Assembly (NCBI GenBank): GCA_009914755.4
Contig: CP068257.2
Span: 31,840,001-31,904,000, forward strand
DNA from: the human T2T-CHM13v2.0 reference genome, Homo sapiens
Length of the DNA stretch: 64,000 nt
Direction of reading: 5' to 3'
Both the position numbers and the translations under genes were made by a program. Shown here piece after piece: positions 40,278 to 59,443 of this stretch. The notes below the pieces were generated by a model that ran no database searches, had not been told where the DNA came from, and saw only the letters and a list, made by a program, of their open reading frames with translations. Within the stretch, counting starts at the first letter, position 1, and each line of letters begins with the position of its first letter.

Positions 40278-40653
40278 TTGTTGTTGAGGTTTCAGTGTCC
40301 ACAGATATTTCAATTCATGAAACTTTCATTTTATAAAGCAAAATCAACTTGTAATATTAAAATCTTCACATCTTTATTGCAATGCTCAGAATACAGGTGG
40401 CTCAGGAGTTAGCTTCTTAAATAAGTTTACACATGAGGATTATCAGGTTAACAGATGGGGGATTTGAGGATTAGGCTTGCTACTGAGTCTTTAATATGAT
40501 TTCTGTTACAAAGCCTGGAAGTTGGAAGTTCTACCTATATTCATTTAAAAGACTTCATGTTCTGAATGTGAAGCATGTTCAATGTACTCGTTGTATTTAA
40601 AAAAACTATGAATCAAATTTTTTATAAAAAAAGATTTTTTTTTTTTTTTTTAG

Positions 40654-41064
<411 letters not shown>

Positions 41065-41243
41065 TCAGTACATTCTTGTGGTTGTGCAACTATCACTGCA
41101 ATCAATTCTAGAACATTTTCATCACTCAAACAAAAACCCCTGTACCCTTTTTTTGTCACCCCAAATACCTCTATCCACCTTAGGCAACAACTAATCTATT
41201 TTCTGTCTTCTGGATTTGCCTATTCTGGACATTTCCTTATTAA

Positions 41244-42347
<1,104 letters not shown>

Positions 42348-42497
42348 CACACCTGGCTAATTTTTATATTTTATTCTTTGTAGAAATGGTTTCTTGCTAT
42401 GTTGCCTAAGCTGGTCTGGAACTCCTGGACTCAAGCAATCTTCCCTCCTCGGCCTCCCAAAGTGCTGGGATTACAGGTGTATGGTACTGCACCCAGC
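42348..42497 (-). mobile_element. Alu left monomer, inverted (cluster 5)
   Basis: Reverse complement of left arm. Confidence 0.75.
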
Positions 42498-42514
42498 CTG
42501 GACATTTCATATAA

Positions 42515-43480
<966 letters not shown>

Positions 43481-43486
43481 TGAATT

Positions 43487-43780
43487 CTTTTTTTTTTTTT
43501 TTTTTGAGACGGAGTCTCGCTCTATTGGCAGGCTGGAGTGCAGGGGCGTTAGCTCACTGCAACCTCCGCCTCCCGGATTCAAGCAATTCTCCTGCCTCAA
43601 CCTCCCTAGTAGCTAGGACTACAGGTGCACACCACCACGCCCAGCTAATTTCTGTATTTTTATTAGAGACAGGGTTCCACCATGTTGGCCAGGATGGTCT
43701 TGATCTCTTGACCTCGTGATCCGCCTGCCTCGGCCTCCCAAAGTGCTGGGATTACAGAGCTGAGCCACTGCACCTGGCCC
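43487..43780 (-). mobile_element. Alu, inverted (cluster 10)
   Basis: T20, reverse-complement Alu, TSD tgaattcttt. Confidence 0.9.
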
Positions 43781-44155
43781 TGAATTCTTTCACTTAGCAT
43801 AATACTTCAAGGTTCACCCACACTGTAGCATGTGTTAGTATTTCATTCCTTTTTATAATTGAATAGTATTCAATGTATGGATATATTTATCCATATATTT
43901 ATCAGTTCATTTGCTGATGAACATTTGCATTGTCTCCACTTATGAATCAGTTTTTAACTGTTAATTAACATTTGGCTCCAGATAAAGGAAAATGATCTAA
44001 CACTGTGGTAAATGTAAAATTTACATGGCTTGTGAAAGAATGGCTGTCAGAGATGGTCTCTTTTAAACAGTGGAGGAGGCAAATGTATGCATTAGAATTG
44101 CTGAAAAACACTTTGGGAGGTAAAGACAATTTTGGTTTTAAAAAGGCCAAAGGAG

Positions 44156-44520
<365 letters not shown>

Positions 44521-44994
44521 TTATGCTTGAATCTAAAAGCCACCAACTCTCCCCCTAATCCTCTAGTGACTTGCAGAGAAGTATGGATCTTTATAAACCA
44601 CAGGATAATTAAACTTTACTGAAGCTAAAATCTGGGGATTACAGAAACTGTCAATAATTAGAGGAACGTTTAATGATACTTCAAAGCATAAAGGATACTA
44701 TCCTTCAGAAATGGGAGCTATCCAGAAATCTTAACACACCAGATTATGATCACGATGGTCGGAAAAGTCTCAAATCAGCTATACAATATAAGGAAGAGAT
44801 ACTGCCTTGTTAGACTTGGGGAAGAGATAGTCACTTGACACTGATCAGAAGGAGGCTGGGCAACTTTTACACACCGGAATCTATAACCAAGATTATAAAC
44901 GGAACCCAGGTGATACACTTGGGTTTGTCCTCATGTTTCTTTTCCTCATTTTAACTCAGATACATCCAGCAGTCATGGCTTCAAAAGCATATGA

Positions 44995-45647
<653 letters not shown>

Positions 45648-45784
45648 TGAAAACATAAAACTTATAAACATGGAGGTGATTCATCATGTTGTCAGGCAAT
45701 ACCAAAAAAAAAAAGAGGGGGTGACGGTTAGAAAAAGAGCATAAAAAAGACCAAGAAAACTGTATGTCTCAGATATGCTGCACT

Positions 45785-45957
45785 AACTAGTCTTGTTTTT
45801 AGTGAGTCTCTATTTATTAAAAAAATAGATGAAGTAAGGGTGAGGTCTTTTTTGTCTTTTAGCAGTTTTTCTTTTGGGCCAAGTCCATGATAAAAAACCA
45901 CCATGCAAACAGCAAATAATTCTTTCTAAACTGGCCCCATTTCTGAATTAAAAGGCT
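45785..45957 (-). other. GART: GART 3'UTR (approximate), poly(A) signal AATAAA at 45808-45803
   Basis: Downstream of the TGA on the minus strand; tttatt on plus at 45803-45808. Confidence 0.5.
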
Positions 45958-46149
45958 TCATTCCTCTTTAACCCAACAGATCTTGCCATTTTCTCCAAGC
46001 TGTACAGTTCCACTGGCCACCAGCTGAAGGGCTGCAGGAAATATTTTATGTTCTGCTAATTTTACTCTTTCAGAAAGAGTTGCGACAGTATCACCCCTCT
46101 TCACGGGAACAGCTTCTTGCAAAATAATCTGTCCAGCATCCACATCTTC
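45958..46149 (-). CDS. GART: GART last coding exon (GAR transformylase domain C-terminus, includes stop)
   Basis: Acceptor tacttttccag; EDVDAGQIILQEAVPVKRGDTVATLSERVKLAEHKIFPAALQLVASGTVQLGENGKICWVKEE*. Confidence 0.9.
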   Translation of the reverse strand, partial: EDVDAGQIILQEAVPVKRGDTVATLSERVKLAEHKIFPAALQLVASGTVQLGENGKICWVKEE

Positions 46150-46245
46150 CTGGAAAAGTAAGCAAAAGTTTTGAACATTACCTTCTAGCCAGTGTCATTT
46201 ACATCTGACTACTAATATTATGTTGGTAGAAAAAGACATACTCAC

Positions 46246-46361
46246 AGCTACAAAGTGTACAGTGCACCCAGTAACTGTGACTCCGGTTTCCAGGGCTTGC
46301 TCATGGGCATTTGAACCCTTAAAAGAAGGGAGCAAGGATGGGTGGATATTGAGCATTTTTC
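46246..46361 (-). CDS. GART: GART exon (penultimate)
   Basis: tttttag|GA AAA ATG...; (G)[38 protein letters not shown]; donor gtgagt; phase consistent. Confidence 0.9.
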
Positions 46362-47394
46362 CTAAAAATTAAAAAAAGCATAGTGGTCAGAATTTAAAAA
46401 TCCTGGGTATTCTGTTAAAGGAATACGTTTTCCTATCTAGATCCGAAGTCAAACAGGAGTTGGATTTCTGGGATGGATGTTTTCTTTGCCAAACACAGAA
46501 ATGAGGTAAAAGTAAGTTCTCATCCAAGAAGGCCCTGGAAGCAGCAAGTACCCGCCTTGCACAGTTAAAGGCATGCTGGGGTGCTCTGAACAGACATTCA
46601 TGGTGACAGGAAGGTGGGGAGTTCAAGCTGAATACCAGCTTGTTGCTGGCACGTACTATTAAAAATAAGCAAGAGGTTCTTACATAGCATCTATGTGCTT
46701 GACTTCTAACCACAAAGTGACCTGTCCACCAGACAGATGCTAGATTAGTTCTGTGTGGCTCATGTCACCAAAGGCATTGTCTATTTTATATCACACCACA
46801 AGTGCTCTAACTACATTCACCTAAGAATACATAAACTCTTTGGAGGGAAAATGCATTTATTGACCAACTGTGTGCACACATACACAAACAGGATGCAGTC
46901 AAGGCTTTTGGGAAGAAGGCAGTAACATAGATAGTATGTGTTTTCTGGCAATAACCTCCTCCTTGCCAACTCCTGGCAATGGTCTATGCTTCCTAAGAGA
47001 GGATGGACTCTTCATTTTGGGATATACGGAATCACTCTCTTTTGCTTCCAAACAAATAAAGGAAGGTCTTCTGAATATTTATTCAAAAGATGAAATATTA
47101 TCTTTGCAGTAATGTGAAACAAAACTAAGCTACATTAGAAAAAGTGATTAATTACAGCAAGCCAAAGTAAATGGATAGAGAGCAGGTTAATAAATCATCA
47201 TTGGGTCATTCTTTAGTGTAAAACAAAGGAAATTAAACTGTGACCTGTGTTAAAGTATTAATAAAATATCACAGTCAAACAGGAGTTGGATTTCTGGGAT
47301 GGGTGTTCACTACTGGGATTGTTTGGCAAGTTATCTGTTCTGGAGACCATTTTCAATTGATTTCCCAATGTGATGTCAAATAATTTTTGCTTAC

Positions 47395-47536
47395 CATTCC
47401 ACTTTTGGACAAAGGGGCCAGAAAGAATTCTCATGAATCCTGCAAGACAGACTATGTCTATGGAGAACTCTTCAAGGACTAGGTCAATTGCACTGTCAAA
47501 TTCTACACGATTTTTATACAGTTTATGATTAATTAC
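47395..47536 (-). CDS. GART: GART exon
   Basis: ttacag|GTAATT...; VINHKLYKNRVEFDSAIDLVLEEFSIDIVCLAGFMRILSGPFVQKWN(G); donor gtaagc. Confidence 0.9.
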
Positions 47537-47807
47537 CTGTAATAGAAAAAGATAAGCACAACCCTTTTCAATGAATTACCAAAAATAATTAAAAACTCAA
47601 CCTTTACACAGACCATACTTCACTTCCTTGTAAAGATATACCTGATAGAGAGATTATTAAGAAAGGGACAGGATGAAGAAGGCAAGCCCAGCACCCACCC
47701 AAAATGGCGAAGTCCCAAGAACAAGTGCCCATAGACCAGGGTCCTGTGAGGGCAGATTACGAGCTTAAATATGGCCCACAGCAAAGATATTTTCCCAAGT
47801 AACTTAC

Positions 47808-47938
47808 TCTAGTGGGAATACCAGCTCTTTCCGCTTTATCTAACCCAGCTACTGCGGCTTTGTTGGAGATAACAATATCAATTTGTGCAGAGCTATTTGG
47901 TTCCCGAGTACTGTCTATAAGTGCTTGCAGGTTCGATC
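47808..47938 (-). CDS. GART: GART exon
   Basis: ttctcag|GATCG...; (G)SNLQALIDSTREPNSSAQIDIVISNKAAVAGLDKAERAGIPTR; donor gtaagt. Confidence 0.9.
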
Positions 47939-47980
47939 CTGAGAAGGGAGAAAAACAGCAGTGAGCTCATACTACTACTT

Positions 47981-48276
47981 CTTTTTTTTTTTTTTGAGAG
48001 GGAGTCTCACTCTGTCGCCCAGGCTAGGAGTGCAGTGCCACGATCTGGGTTCACTGCAACCTCCACCTCCCGGGTTCAAGCAATTATCCTGCCTCAGCCT
48101 CCTGAGTAGCTGGGATTACAGGAGCCCACCACCACACCTGGCTAATTTTTGTATTTTTAGTAGAGATGGGGTTTCACCACGTTGGCCAGGCTCGTCTGGA
48201 ACTCCTGACATCAGGTGATCCGCCCACCTCGGCCTCCCAAATTTGGGATTACAGGCATGAGCCACCGCGCCCAACC
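47981..48276 (-). mobile_element. Alu, inverted (GART intron)
   Basis: T-run, reverse-complement Alu. Confidence 0.9.
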
Positions 48277-48424
48277 TCACACTTTTTAAAAAAAGAGATG
48301 TGCCATTTTGAATAGGGGACAGTCAAATTTTCTGAATAAATGTCTTGGAAAAGACTGGTGATATGTGAGGCTTCTAAATTCCCTTTCTCTTGGCACAGGC
48401 AACTAAAGTAAATATGGAAAAAGC

Positions 48425-49373
48425 TTCTGTATAGCAATGGAAACAATCAACAAAGTAAGGAGACAACCCACAGAATGGTAGAAAATATGTGCAAACTACC
48501 CATCTGACAAGGGATTAATAACCAGAATATATAAGGAGCTTAAACAATTCATTAGGGAAAAATCTAATACTCTGATTAAAAATGGGCAAAAGATCTGAAT
48601 AGACATTTCTTAAAAGAAAACACACAAATTGCAAACAGGTATATAAAAAGGTGCTCAACATCATTATCATCAGAGAAATGCAAATCAAAACTATGACATA
48701 TTGTCTCGCCCCGGTTAAAATGGCTTTTATCCAAAACACAGGCAATAACACGCTGGCGAAGATGTGGAGAAAAGGGAACCGTCACACACTATTGGGAAGG
48801 TAAATTAGTACAATTATTATGGAGAACAGTTTGAAGGGTCCTCAAAAATTAAAAAAAAGAGCTACCATATCATCCAGCAATCCCATTGCTAGGTATATAC
48901 CCAAAAGAAAGAAAATCAGTGTATCAAAGAGATACCTGCAGTTTCATGTTTATTCTCCCTAGCCAAGATTTGGAAGCAACCTAAATGTTTATCAGCAGAC
49001 AAATGGATAAAGAAAATGTGGTACATCACACAATGGAGTACTATTCAGCCATAAAAAAGATGAGATCCTGTCATTTGCAACAACATGGATGGAACGGGAG
49101 GTCATTAAGTTAAGTGAAATAAGTCAGGCACAGAAAGACAAACCTCACATGTTCTCACTTATTTGTGGGAGCTAAAAATTAAAACAGTTGAACTCATGAT
49201 GATAGTGCAATGATGGTTACCAGAGGCTAGGAAGGGTAGTGGGAGAGACGGGGAGAGGGGATGCTAATGGGTACAAAAATATAGTTAGAATGAACAAAAT
49301 CTAGTGTTTGATAGCATAACAGGGTGACTATAGTCAACAATAATTTATTACACATTTTAAAATAACTGGAAGA
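48425..49373 (+). mobile_element. L1 3' end (ORF2 C-terminus + 3'UTR), L1PA/PB-like
   Basis: atcatcagagaaatgcaaatcaaaactatgaca...ccagcaatcccattgctaggtatatacccaaaag...ggttaccagaggctaggaagggtagtggg... Confidence 0.8.
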
Positions 49374-49700
49374 GGCTGGATGTGGTGGCTCACACCTATA
49401 ATCCCAGCACTTTGGGAGGCCAAGGCAGGCGGATCATACTGAGGTCAAGAGTTCAAGACCAGCCTGACCAGCCTGGCCAACATGATGAAACCCCATCTCT
49501 ACTAAAAATACAAAAAATTAGCCAGGCATAGTGGCAGGTGCCTGTAATCCCAGCTACTCAGGAGGCTGAGACAGAAGAATCACTTGAAACTGGGAGGCGG
49601 AGTTTGCAGTGAGCCGAGTCTGCGCCACTGCACTCCAGCCTGGGCGACAGAGTGAGACTCTATCTCAAAAACAAAAACAAAAACAAAACAAAAAAAAACT
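49374..49700 (+). mobile_element. Alu inserted into the L1 3'UTR
   Basis: Consensus, (AAAAC)n tail, TSD aaataactgga. Confidence 0.9.
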
Positions 49701-49875
49701 GAAATAAAATAACTGGATTGTTTGTAACACAAAGAATAAATGCTTGAGGTGATGAATACCCCATTTACAGGGATGTGATTATTACAGGTTGTATGGCTGT
49801 ATCAAAAGATCTCATGTACCCTATAAATATATATACCTACCATGTACCCATACAAATTAAAAATTAAAAAAACTC
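49701..49875 (+). mobile_element. L1 3'UTR tail (continuation of L1 at 48425)
   Basis: Colinear continuation, ends in A-rich tail. Confidence 0.7.
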
Positions 49876-50184
49876 CCTTCCTCTTGGGATAATGGATTAA
49901 TAGATTGTGAAAAGCACAGATATTCCTGGATAGCCTCCAGTTCCATCCATATTGCTGCAAACGACGTGGTTTAGGATATGTAATTGCTCCTAGGATATGT
50001 AATTGCTCCCACAAATTCTGTATCTTGTGATCTAGCATTGTAGTAGAAACAGTATAACATTATGTTAAAACTGACTGATGAGAAATAAGCTGCTTAATTA
50101 AGCAAGAAAAACTGACCCTCTCAAGAACAAACCACTATGCTATGACTCTTACAATAGTTTCTTTAAAAAAAAAAAATTTTAGAT

Positions 50185-50835
<651 letters not shown>

Positions 50836-50927
50836 TTTGCTTTATTATCAACTTGGGCCTAAAGTACATTAAAACCTTAAGATCGACCTGTAAAGCAATT
50901 AAACTTCTGGGAATGAATCCTGAAGAA

Positions 50928-51100
50928 GTATCAGAGCTGGTTGTGGTGCTGCATGCCTGCAGTCCCAGCTACTCGGGGGGCTAATAAGGCGGAAGGATTG
51001 CTTGAGGCCAGAGCTGGAAGCTGCAGTGTACTATGACTGCATCTGTGAATAGCTACTGTACTCTAGCCTGGGCAACATAGCAAGACTGTCTCAAAAAGAA
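50928..51100 (+). mobile_element. Alu right monomer (FRAM-like)
   Basis: Right-arm-like monomer. Confidence 0.65.
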
Positions 51101-51617
51101 TCACTATGATCTTGGCCATCAAATAAAAAAAAATCACATATGCATTTAAGAACATACTGAATATTTGCAAGAATGTTCATAGCAGTGTTACTTACAATAG
51201 AGGGAAAAAAATCAGGCTACATCCATCTGAGAGAATACAATACTCTTATTACTTTACCCCTCTATCCATAAAGGTTAAACATAAACTTCTTCTAATTAAT
51301 AAGATAACAATAAAAATTCCTCAACTGTTTTCAGACTTTTCAACAACAAAGCTATGATACAAAATGAGCTGTAGCTTCTATCTTTTCTGGTTTCTCTTTA
51401 ACCAGCTTTCTGACATCCTTTACTTTTTTCTTTGGGAGCTGTCTCAAATTCCTAAGAAAAGTGGAAAGACTAAGAATGCTGAAAAGACAAAGACAACCCT
51501 CATGATTCCCCCCAGTCCCTAGACTCTGCCGAGAGTAACCTTACAATCTCACAAGAGTGCGGGGAGGAAAGGAAGGGCAGTCAACAGCTCTACAGTGAAG
51601 GGGAAGCCACATCTCAC

Positions 51618-51755
51618 CTGTTCCAGATATTAAGACAGCCACTCTGGCCTTTTTTTTTTCAAAAGAGAAATGATTTGTCAGGGAGCCATTCTTCAACACT
51701 GACCCATTTATTTGCATGCTTTCAATCAGATTCTTGACTTTCACACGTGGGGAAC
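51618..51755 (-). CDS. GART: GART exon (AIRS to GAR-Tfase linker; start of formyltransferase domain)
   Basis: (G)SPRVKVKNLIESMQINGSVLKNGSLTNHFSFEKKKARVAVLISGT(G); donor gtgagat. The acceptor was chosen as gaaatgaag| by phase consistency; an alternative acceptor lies 20 nt downstream. Confidence 0.75.
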
Positions 51756-52104
51756 CTTCATTTCAAACATATCCATAAATAAGTAAAGAACAATTGTGAA
51801 TTAACAAGAATAATGGAAAGAAAAATATTTTATGAAAACTTTAGGGTATGTTTTATCCTGAAAATAAGATAATGCAAGGACTAAAATGAACAACACATTT
51901 GTATCACTTAACACTACTCTTTCATAAAAACTTCCAAAAGGTGAACATATGTAATTACTTCAACTAAAAGCTGCAGATCACATCACTATCTTGAAGTGCA
52001 CGGTGGATATATATGACTGCCTGCCAGTATTCTGCCCCTACTCCCCAAATCTTCCTAGCGAGACCACCCACAGTAGTGCCATGATCTCCTGGTCTCGGGG
52101 ATAA

Positions 52105-52463
<359 letters not shown>

Positions 52464-52625
52464 TGGGTCTCTCTTTCTTATTGTAATGTGAGCTGAAGGA
52501 TGTTATCTTTCCGGCATTTGGAGAACCCGCTTGAAAATGAATCCTACACAATAGAGGAAAGAAAGGCAGATACAGGTAAAGTCAACAAGGTCTGACATTT
52601 TTTTTTTCTATTTTTTATTTTTGTG

Positions 52626-52656
<31 letters not shown>

Positions 52657-53086
52657 GTGTCCTGCCAAAGCAAGCATGTGACGTCTTTGTTAGTGAATCT
52701 GAGTGGATTTTCTGCCCCTCTGCCAAGTTCTAGCACTTCTCGCAGAGTCCTGACTGATACAGTACTTGTCAGGGTGCTTGCTCGCTATTCCTTGAATCGA
52801 GCTGAGTGACAGCAGAGCCATGAGGTCTTGTGTGTAGGGAGATTACTTTGGGAAGCGATCCTGTGGGGTGTGGCTGTGCATGCATGAATGCTTAGTTCTG
52901 AGGCAGAAATGAAGAGATACGTGGTATCGCTGGGGTGGGTGCTGTCATGTTACATCTGTGTAAAGATAGTTGCCATAGCGATGGCTGCACTAAAAGGTGG
53001 GCAGAAAGCTTGTGAGGCAAGGCTGAGGTATAGCTAAAATTATACAGCTAAAATTATATATCTAAAAATGAGTAAGGAGCAAGTAC

Positions 53087-53293
53087 CTTCAGCTCGTGCA
53101 ACCACACTGCCAATCACCCAGGCTTCTTCCTTGTGCTGCTGGATATCCCTCAGAATCTGCTCTGTCTGCTCCTTTGATACCACAAGGACAGCGCCAACCC
53201 CACAGTTAAATGTTCTGGCCATCTCTTCCTCAGAGAGGTGTCCTTCCTGCTGCAACCATGAGAAGACCCTGGGGATCCTCCAGGTCTGGGCAT
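53087..53293 (-). CDS. GART: GART exon (AIRS domain C-terminal part)
   Basis: tttttttcag|AT GCC...; (D)AQTWRIPRVFSWLQQEGHLSEEEMARTFNCGVGAVLVVSKEQTEQILRDIQQHKEEAWVIGSVVARAE(G); donor gtactt. Confidence 0.9.
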
Positions 53294-53822
53294 CTGAAAA
53301 AAATAGACACGAATTGTTTGATTTTCCTACCTTCTCACACAAAGTACAAAAGTATGCACATATTCAAAGATGTGGAAATTATAATCAGGCTCTGCTATTT
53401 TATGTAGGGTAAAACTATAAATTGGCCTCTGAGAACTTTTTATTTGGGGATCCATTTGTACCTTAGACATTAAGAACATTTTTTTGTTGACACACTTGGC
53501 CAGTACTCACAAATGAGTGAGGTTTTGTGCTACATTAACTAACTAGACCCTTAGACATTCCCTAATGGATCAGATGAGCTAGTAGCTGAATTCCAGCAAA
53601 GGCCAGTATACCATCCTTTTGTGAATGTTTGGCTGAGTCTTTGTGATGACCAAAATGCACCCAAAGTACAATGCAAAACTAGATGGCTTATCTACATATT
53701 TAGAGAAAATGCATACACTCCTCAAGAAAAGTTATGTTAATGGAAGGCGGATCAACACCCTCTCCCTCTCATTCTTTTTAAAATTTAGACTTCCTAGGTC
53801 TGCTATAAGAATACATTCTCTC

Positions 53823-54294
<472 letters not shown>

Positions 54295-54427
54295 TTAAAA
54301 AAACTATACTGAATTAAATTATTTATGATGCTCTTAAGAAAGGGAAGCCAATGTGAACTCAGCTTTTTATTAAATAATAAGGTTTACTATCAGTTCTGCC
54401 TATTTATTTGATTTATTTATTGGATAA

Positions 54428-54719
54428 TTTTTTTTTTCTTTGAGACAGGATCTGGCTCTGTTGCCCAGGCTGGAGTGCAGTGGCATGAACACGGCTCACT
54501 GTAGCCTTGATGTCCCAGGCTCAAGTGATCTTCTCACTTCATCCTCCTGAGTAGCTGGGACTACAGGCATGCGACACCATGCCTGGCTATTTAAAAAATT
54601 TTTTTTTTGGAGAGACAGGGTCTTACCATGTTGCCCAGTCTAGTTTTGACCTCCTGGGCTTCTTCTGCCTCAGCCTCCCAAAGCGCTGGGATTATAGGCA
54701 TGAGCCATCATGCTCAGCT
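54428..54719 (-). mobile_element. Alu (AluJ-like), inverted
   Basis: Reverse-complement Alu. Confidence 0.85.
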
Positions 54720-54755
54720 GATAATCAGTTTTTTAATACTTTGGAGTTGATACAA

Positions 54756-55098
<343 letters not shown>

Positions 55099-55125
55099 CT
55101 GAAGTTGATACAATTTTAAAAATGA

Positions 55126-55444
<319 letters not shown>

Positions 55445-55818
55445 CTATGACTCTTAGATTCAATTCCATTTATAGTAGCTGGGAAATGTCCATTCTTAAT
55501 AGTTGACCTCAGATTTAGTAACTACATTGTTCACTATGCTCTCAATAGTTAAAAGTAAATAGCAACTTAAAACTAAATAGTGGTACATCTGTAAAATGGA
55601 ATACTTGTTATCAAAAATGATGCTACTAAGACAAGGAGATAGTGATGACATATTTAATGGCAGGGCAAGTAGCAGATTACCAAATTATGATCTTGTTTTA
55701 GTGAAGTTTTACAAAATATTTATAGGAAAAAACACTGGCAGACTAAGAGTCTAGCTTCTATAAATGAACAAGTACTTCATGAATAATGTAAGTTGTAATT
55801 TTAATGTTGAAAAGTCCT

Positions 55819-56124
55819 GGCCAGGTGTGGTAGCTCATGCCAGTAATCCCAGCGCTTTGGGAGGCTGAGATGGGCAGATTGCTCTGAGCCAAGGAGTTTA
55901 AGATCAGCCTGGGCAATGTGGTGAAACCCCGTCTCTACTAAAAATACAAAAAATAGCTAAGTGTGGTGGCGTGTTACCTGTGGTCCCAGCTACTTAGGAG
56001 GCTGAGGTCGGAGAATCACTTGAACCCAGGACGTTGGGGCAATAGTGAGCTGTGATCGCACCACGGAACTCCAGTTGGGGCGACAGAGTGATACTCTGTC
56101 TCAATAAAAAACAAACAAAAAAAC
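55819..56124 (+). mobile_element. Alu (AluJ-like)
   Basis: Diverged Alu, A-rich tail. Confidence 0.85.
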
Positions 56125-57195
56125 CCCCAGAAGTCCTTACTTAAATCTGTTGTCAAAGTATGATTCCTGGAAGAAACTTTAGAGGCTGATGCAAGGAATT
56201 GTGCAATGGCTTTTATTGGAATACAGACATTTGTGTAACTCAAACTATAACTGCTTTCAGGAATATGGCTATATCACTTTCAGTTTCTTAATGAGGTGAC
56301 TACTATGTTGTTTTTAACTAGTGGTGTGCTAGAGCCAGCTTGTAGAGACTGTTAAACAGCCATTTTTAAAGCAGCTATGATGGGAGTATTTATACCACAA
56401 AAACTGGCAAATGCACAAATCAGTCCTGCCTCCTTTCCCCATTCATCAGCAGGCCACTGTTTTTTAACTATTTGAAAAGGATGATGAATGAACTACTTAT
56501 TAAGGTTCTTATATATGCTCACCAGAAAGCATTTCTACCCAAGGAATGTCTTGAACCACTAGTTTCACCCTCCTATGAATCCTTCAACTCCTTAATATGC
56601 TCAGTCCATGGACCTGGAAGAGACTCCCACTCAGCCTAGCCTGGCCTGTCTGTTTTGCTTCCCTGACTAGGCTGAAATCCCATCTGACCACTCTCCCAGC
56701 TTCCCTTGCCGATTTCCTCACTTCCACACAACCTACCTCTGACTCTTCAGTTCTCTCCGAGCTTCACATACGCTCTGACTCTTGGGTTAGCTCACCATAT
56801 CTACTCACCTCTATCACTCTGACTGCTTCTCCCCAATGAATGACCCCAATACCTGCTTAGTTCAGCTGGATCAACCTAACTAATCTATTTTTTTTCTGTT
56901 CTTGCTTCAAAGCTATATACATGCTTTTGCTCTGGGAGAAAAACTACATGAGCAGCTTCACCTTCACCTGTGCCTTCAGTCCTGCTCACTGTCTCACTCC
57001 TGTTTGACCTTGACTGCTTTATCCACTCCTCTCTTCAAGCTCCCACCCCAGGCCTGATCATCTCACTAATACTTCACAGAGAAGTTATTTTATGTAAACT
57101 CCCTCAGTTTCTACTCCTTCAAATCAATGTGTATTAGTTGACTATAGCTGGAAAAGTTTCTCTGACTTTATTTTACAAAAACAAGGAAGGGAGGG

Positions 57196-57531
<336 letters not shown>

Positions 57532-57781
57532 GAACACAGGGAGGGAGGACTCTGTCCCTCACTTTTGCTGCATGCATAAAATTATTCCACTTCCCTTTTA
57601 CCAGTATGTTTCTTCAAACAGAAATCTCTACCCACTGTCTCCACAACTCTGCCACAACAATCTAGTGGGTGGTATCTATGTCCAGCAAACTGACTTTTGA
57701 CCTAACTCTAAAATACACTGGTCTTTTTCTAGTGCTTATTCTAGATCTTTGTGCTGTACCTGACACTGCGGACCAGTGTCA

Positions 57782-58116
<335 letters not shown>

Positions 58117-58823
58117 TCCCATGTTGGTTTGATGATAATACTTTTACATGGTTTACCCACTACTTTGGACTGTTCTTTTCAGTCACTCTACTTTGAGAAA
58201 CAACCTTTTGGTCTCCCTCATTCTCTTGGCTATAACTATTACTACGTGCAAATAATCACCCAATTTATCTTCAGCATGACTTCAACTTCTGCTCACAGTC
58301 ACCTTGGAATAAACACACTGAAGATTTAAAAACCTTCTATTCCAAACTTACTCTTCTTCCTATGTTAATGATGTTACCGCCTACTCACCTGCTTAACTAG
58401 AAACCTGAGACTTCTTTTTACTTCTAAGCATAAAATGATTCTCCAATGTGCCTCCCTTCTCTATGCCTTGGTTTAGGTCCTTTTATCTCGAATATGGATT
58501 ACTTAATAGCTAACATTTCCTTTCCTGGTGTGTAGGGCTCCATCTTAATAGAGCTTGAAGTTACCAATCCCCTTGGAGGACCTACTTATCGAGTACTTCA
58601 ACTTTATGTAAGCCAATTACATGACAATATTTTATGTCTTATAAATACAGATAATGAAGCAAAAAGAGATAGAAAAGGGTCGAGTTTTTCCCTCCCAAAA
58701 CCCCCAATGATTAAGAATTTTCCATGTGTAATCATGTGTACATTAACTACCCATAGTTTTCTCGCACAATGCATTTTTTTCCTCAGCAATTTTCTGAACA
58801 GAAGTTCGTTTTAGTGATCTTAC

Positions 58824-58976
58824 CTAAATCTACCCCAAGTTTCTCAGGGAGGACTCTGGGGATGTTCTCTAGTAATCCTCCACCAGTAATATGGGCAAAG
58901 GCTTTGACATGTCCTGAACGTAGGACAGGTAACAGTGAATGGCTGTAGATTCTGGTAGGCGTGAGAAGTAAGTCCC
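58824..58976 (-). CDS. GART: GART exon (AIRS domain)
   Basis: catgcag|GG GAC...; (G)[50 protein letters not shown](D); donor gtaaga. Confidence 0.9.
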
Positions 58977-59191
58977 CTGCATGTTGAAGAGAGAAGACAA
59001 AAACTTAGCCTATGAATAGAAAACCAAAACATAAAAATCAACCTGGAGAATGACACCAGCTCTACAATAATGACCAAGTAGCAAACCAAGGTAATTCATT
59101 CCCTTTTAGCTCTAAGTAATCAGAGACTAAAACCACTAAATGCTTGCTCAGGCATTTCCAAGCAGGACAGTTTAAACATGAGGGAGTTTAC

Positions 59192-59443
59192 CTAAAGTCT
59201 GGTCACCACAACCATCAGGTGCTGGAGAGGAGTACTGGAGGGAAGATTTTGCCACGATTTTCCTCACAAGGCTAAATCCATTGCTATGAAGACCAGATGA
59301 AGCTATTCCAACAACAACATCACCCTCAGTGATTCTTTCCAGGTGAGGGAGTTTCTGATCTCGCTCCATGGCACCAACGGCAAACCCAGCTAGGTCATAC
59401 TCTCCAGGGGGATACATGTCAGGCATTTCTGCTGTTTCACCTC
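59192..59443 (-). CDS. GART: GART exon (AIRS domain)
   Basis: ccaccag|GA GGT...; (G)[83 protein letters not shown](G); donor gtaaac. Confidence 0.9.

Noticed and set aside
46387-46713. 108-aa minus-strand ORF inside a GART intron
   Set aside because: It has no flanking splice signals in frame with the neighbouring GART exons, and the protein reading (…[11 protein letters not shown]…) is continuous without it. Chance intronic ORF.
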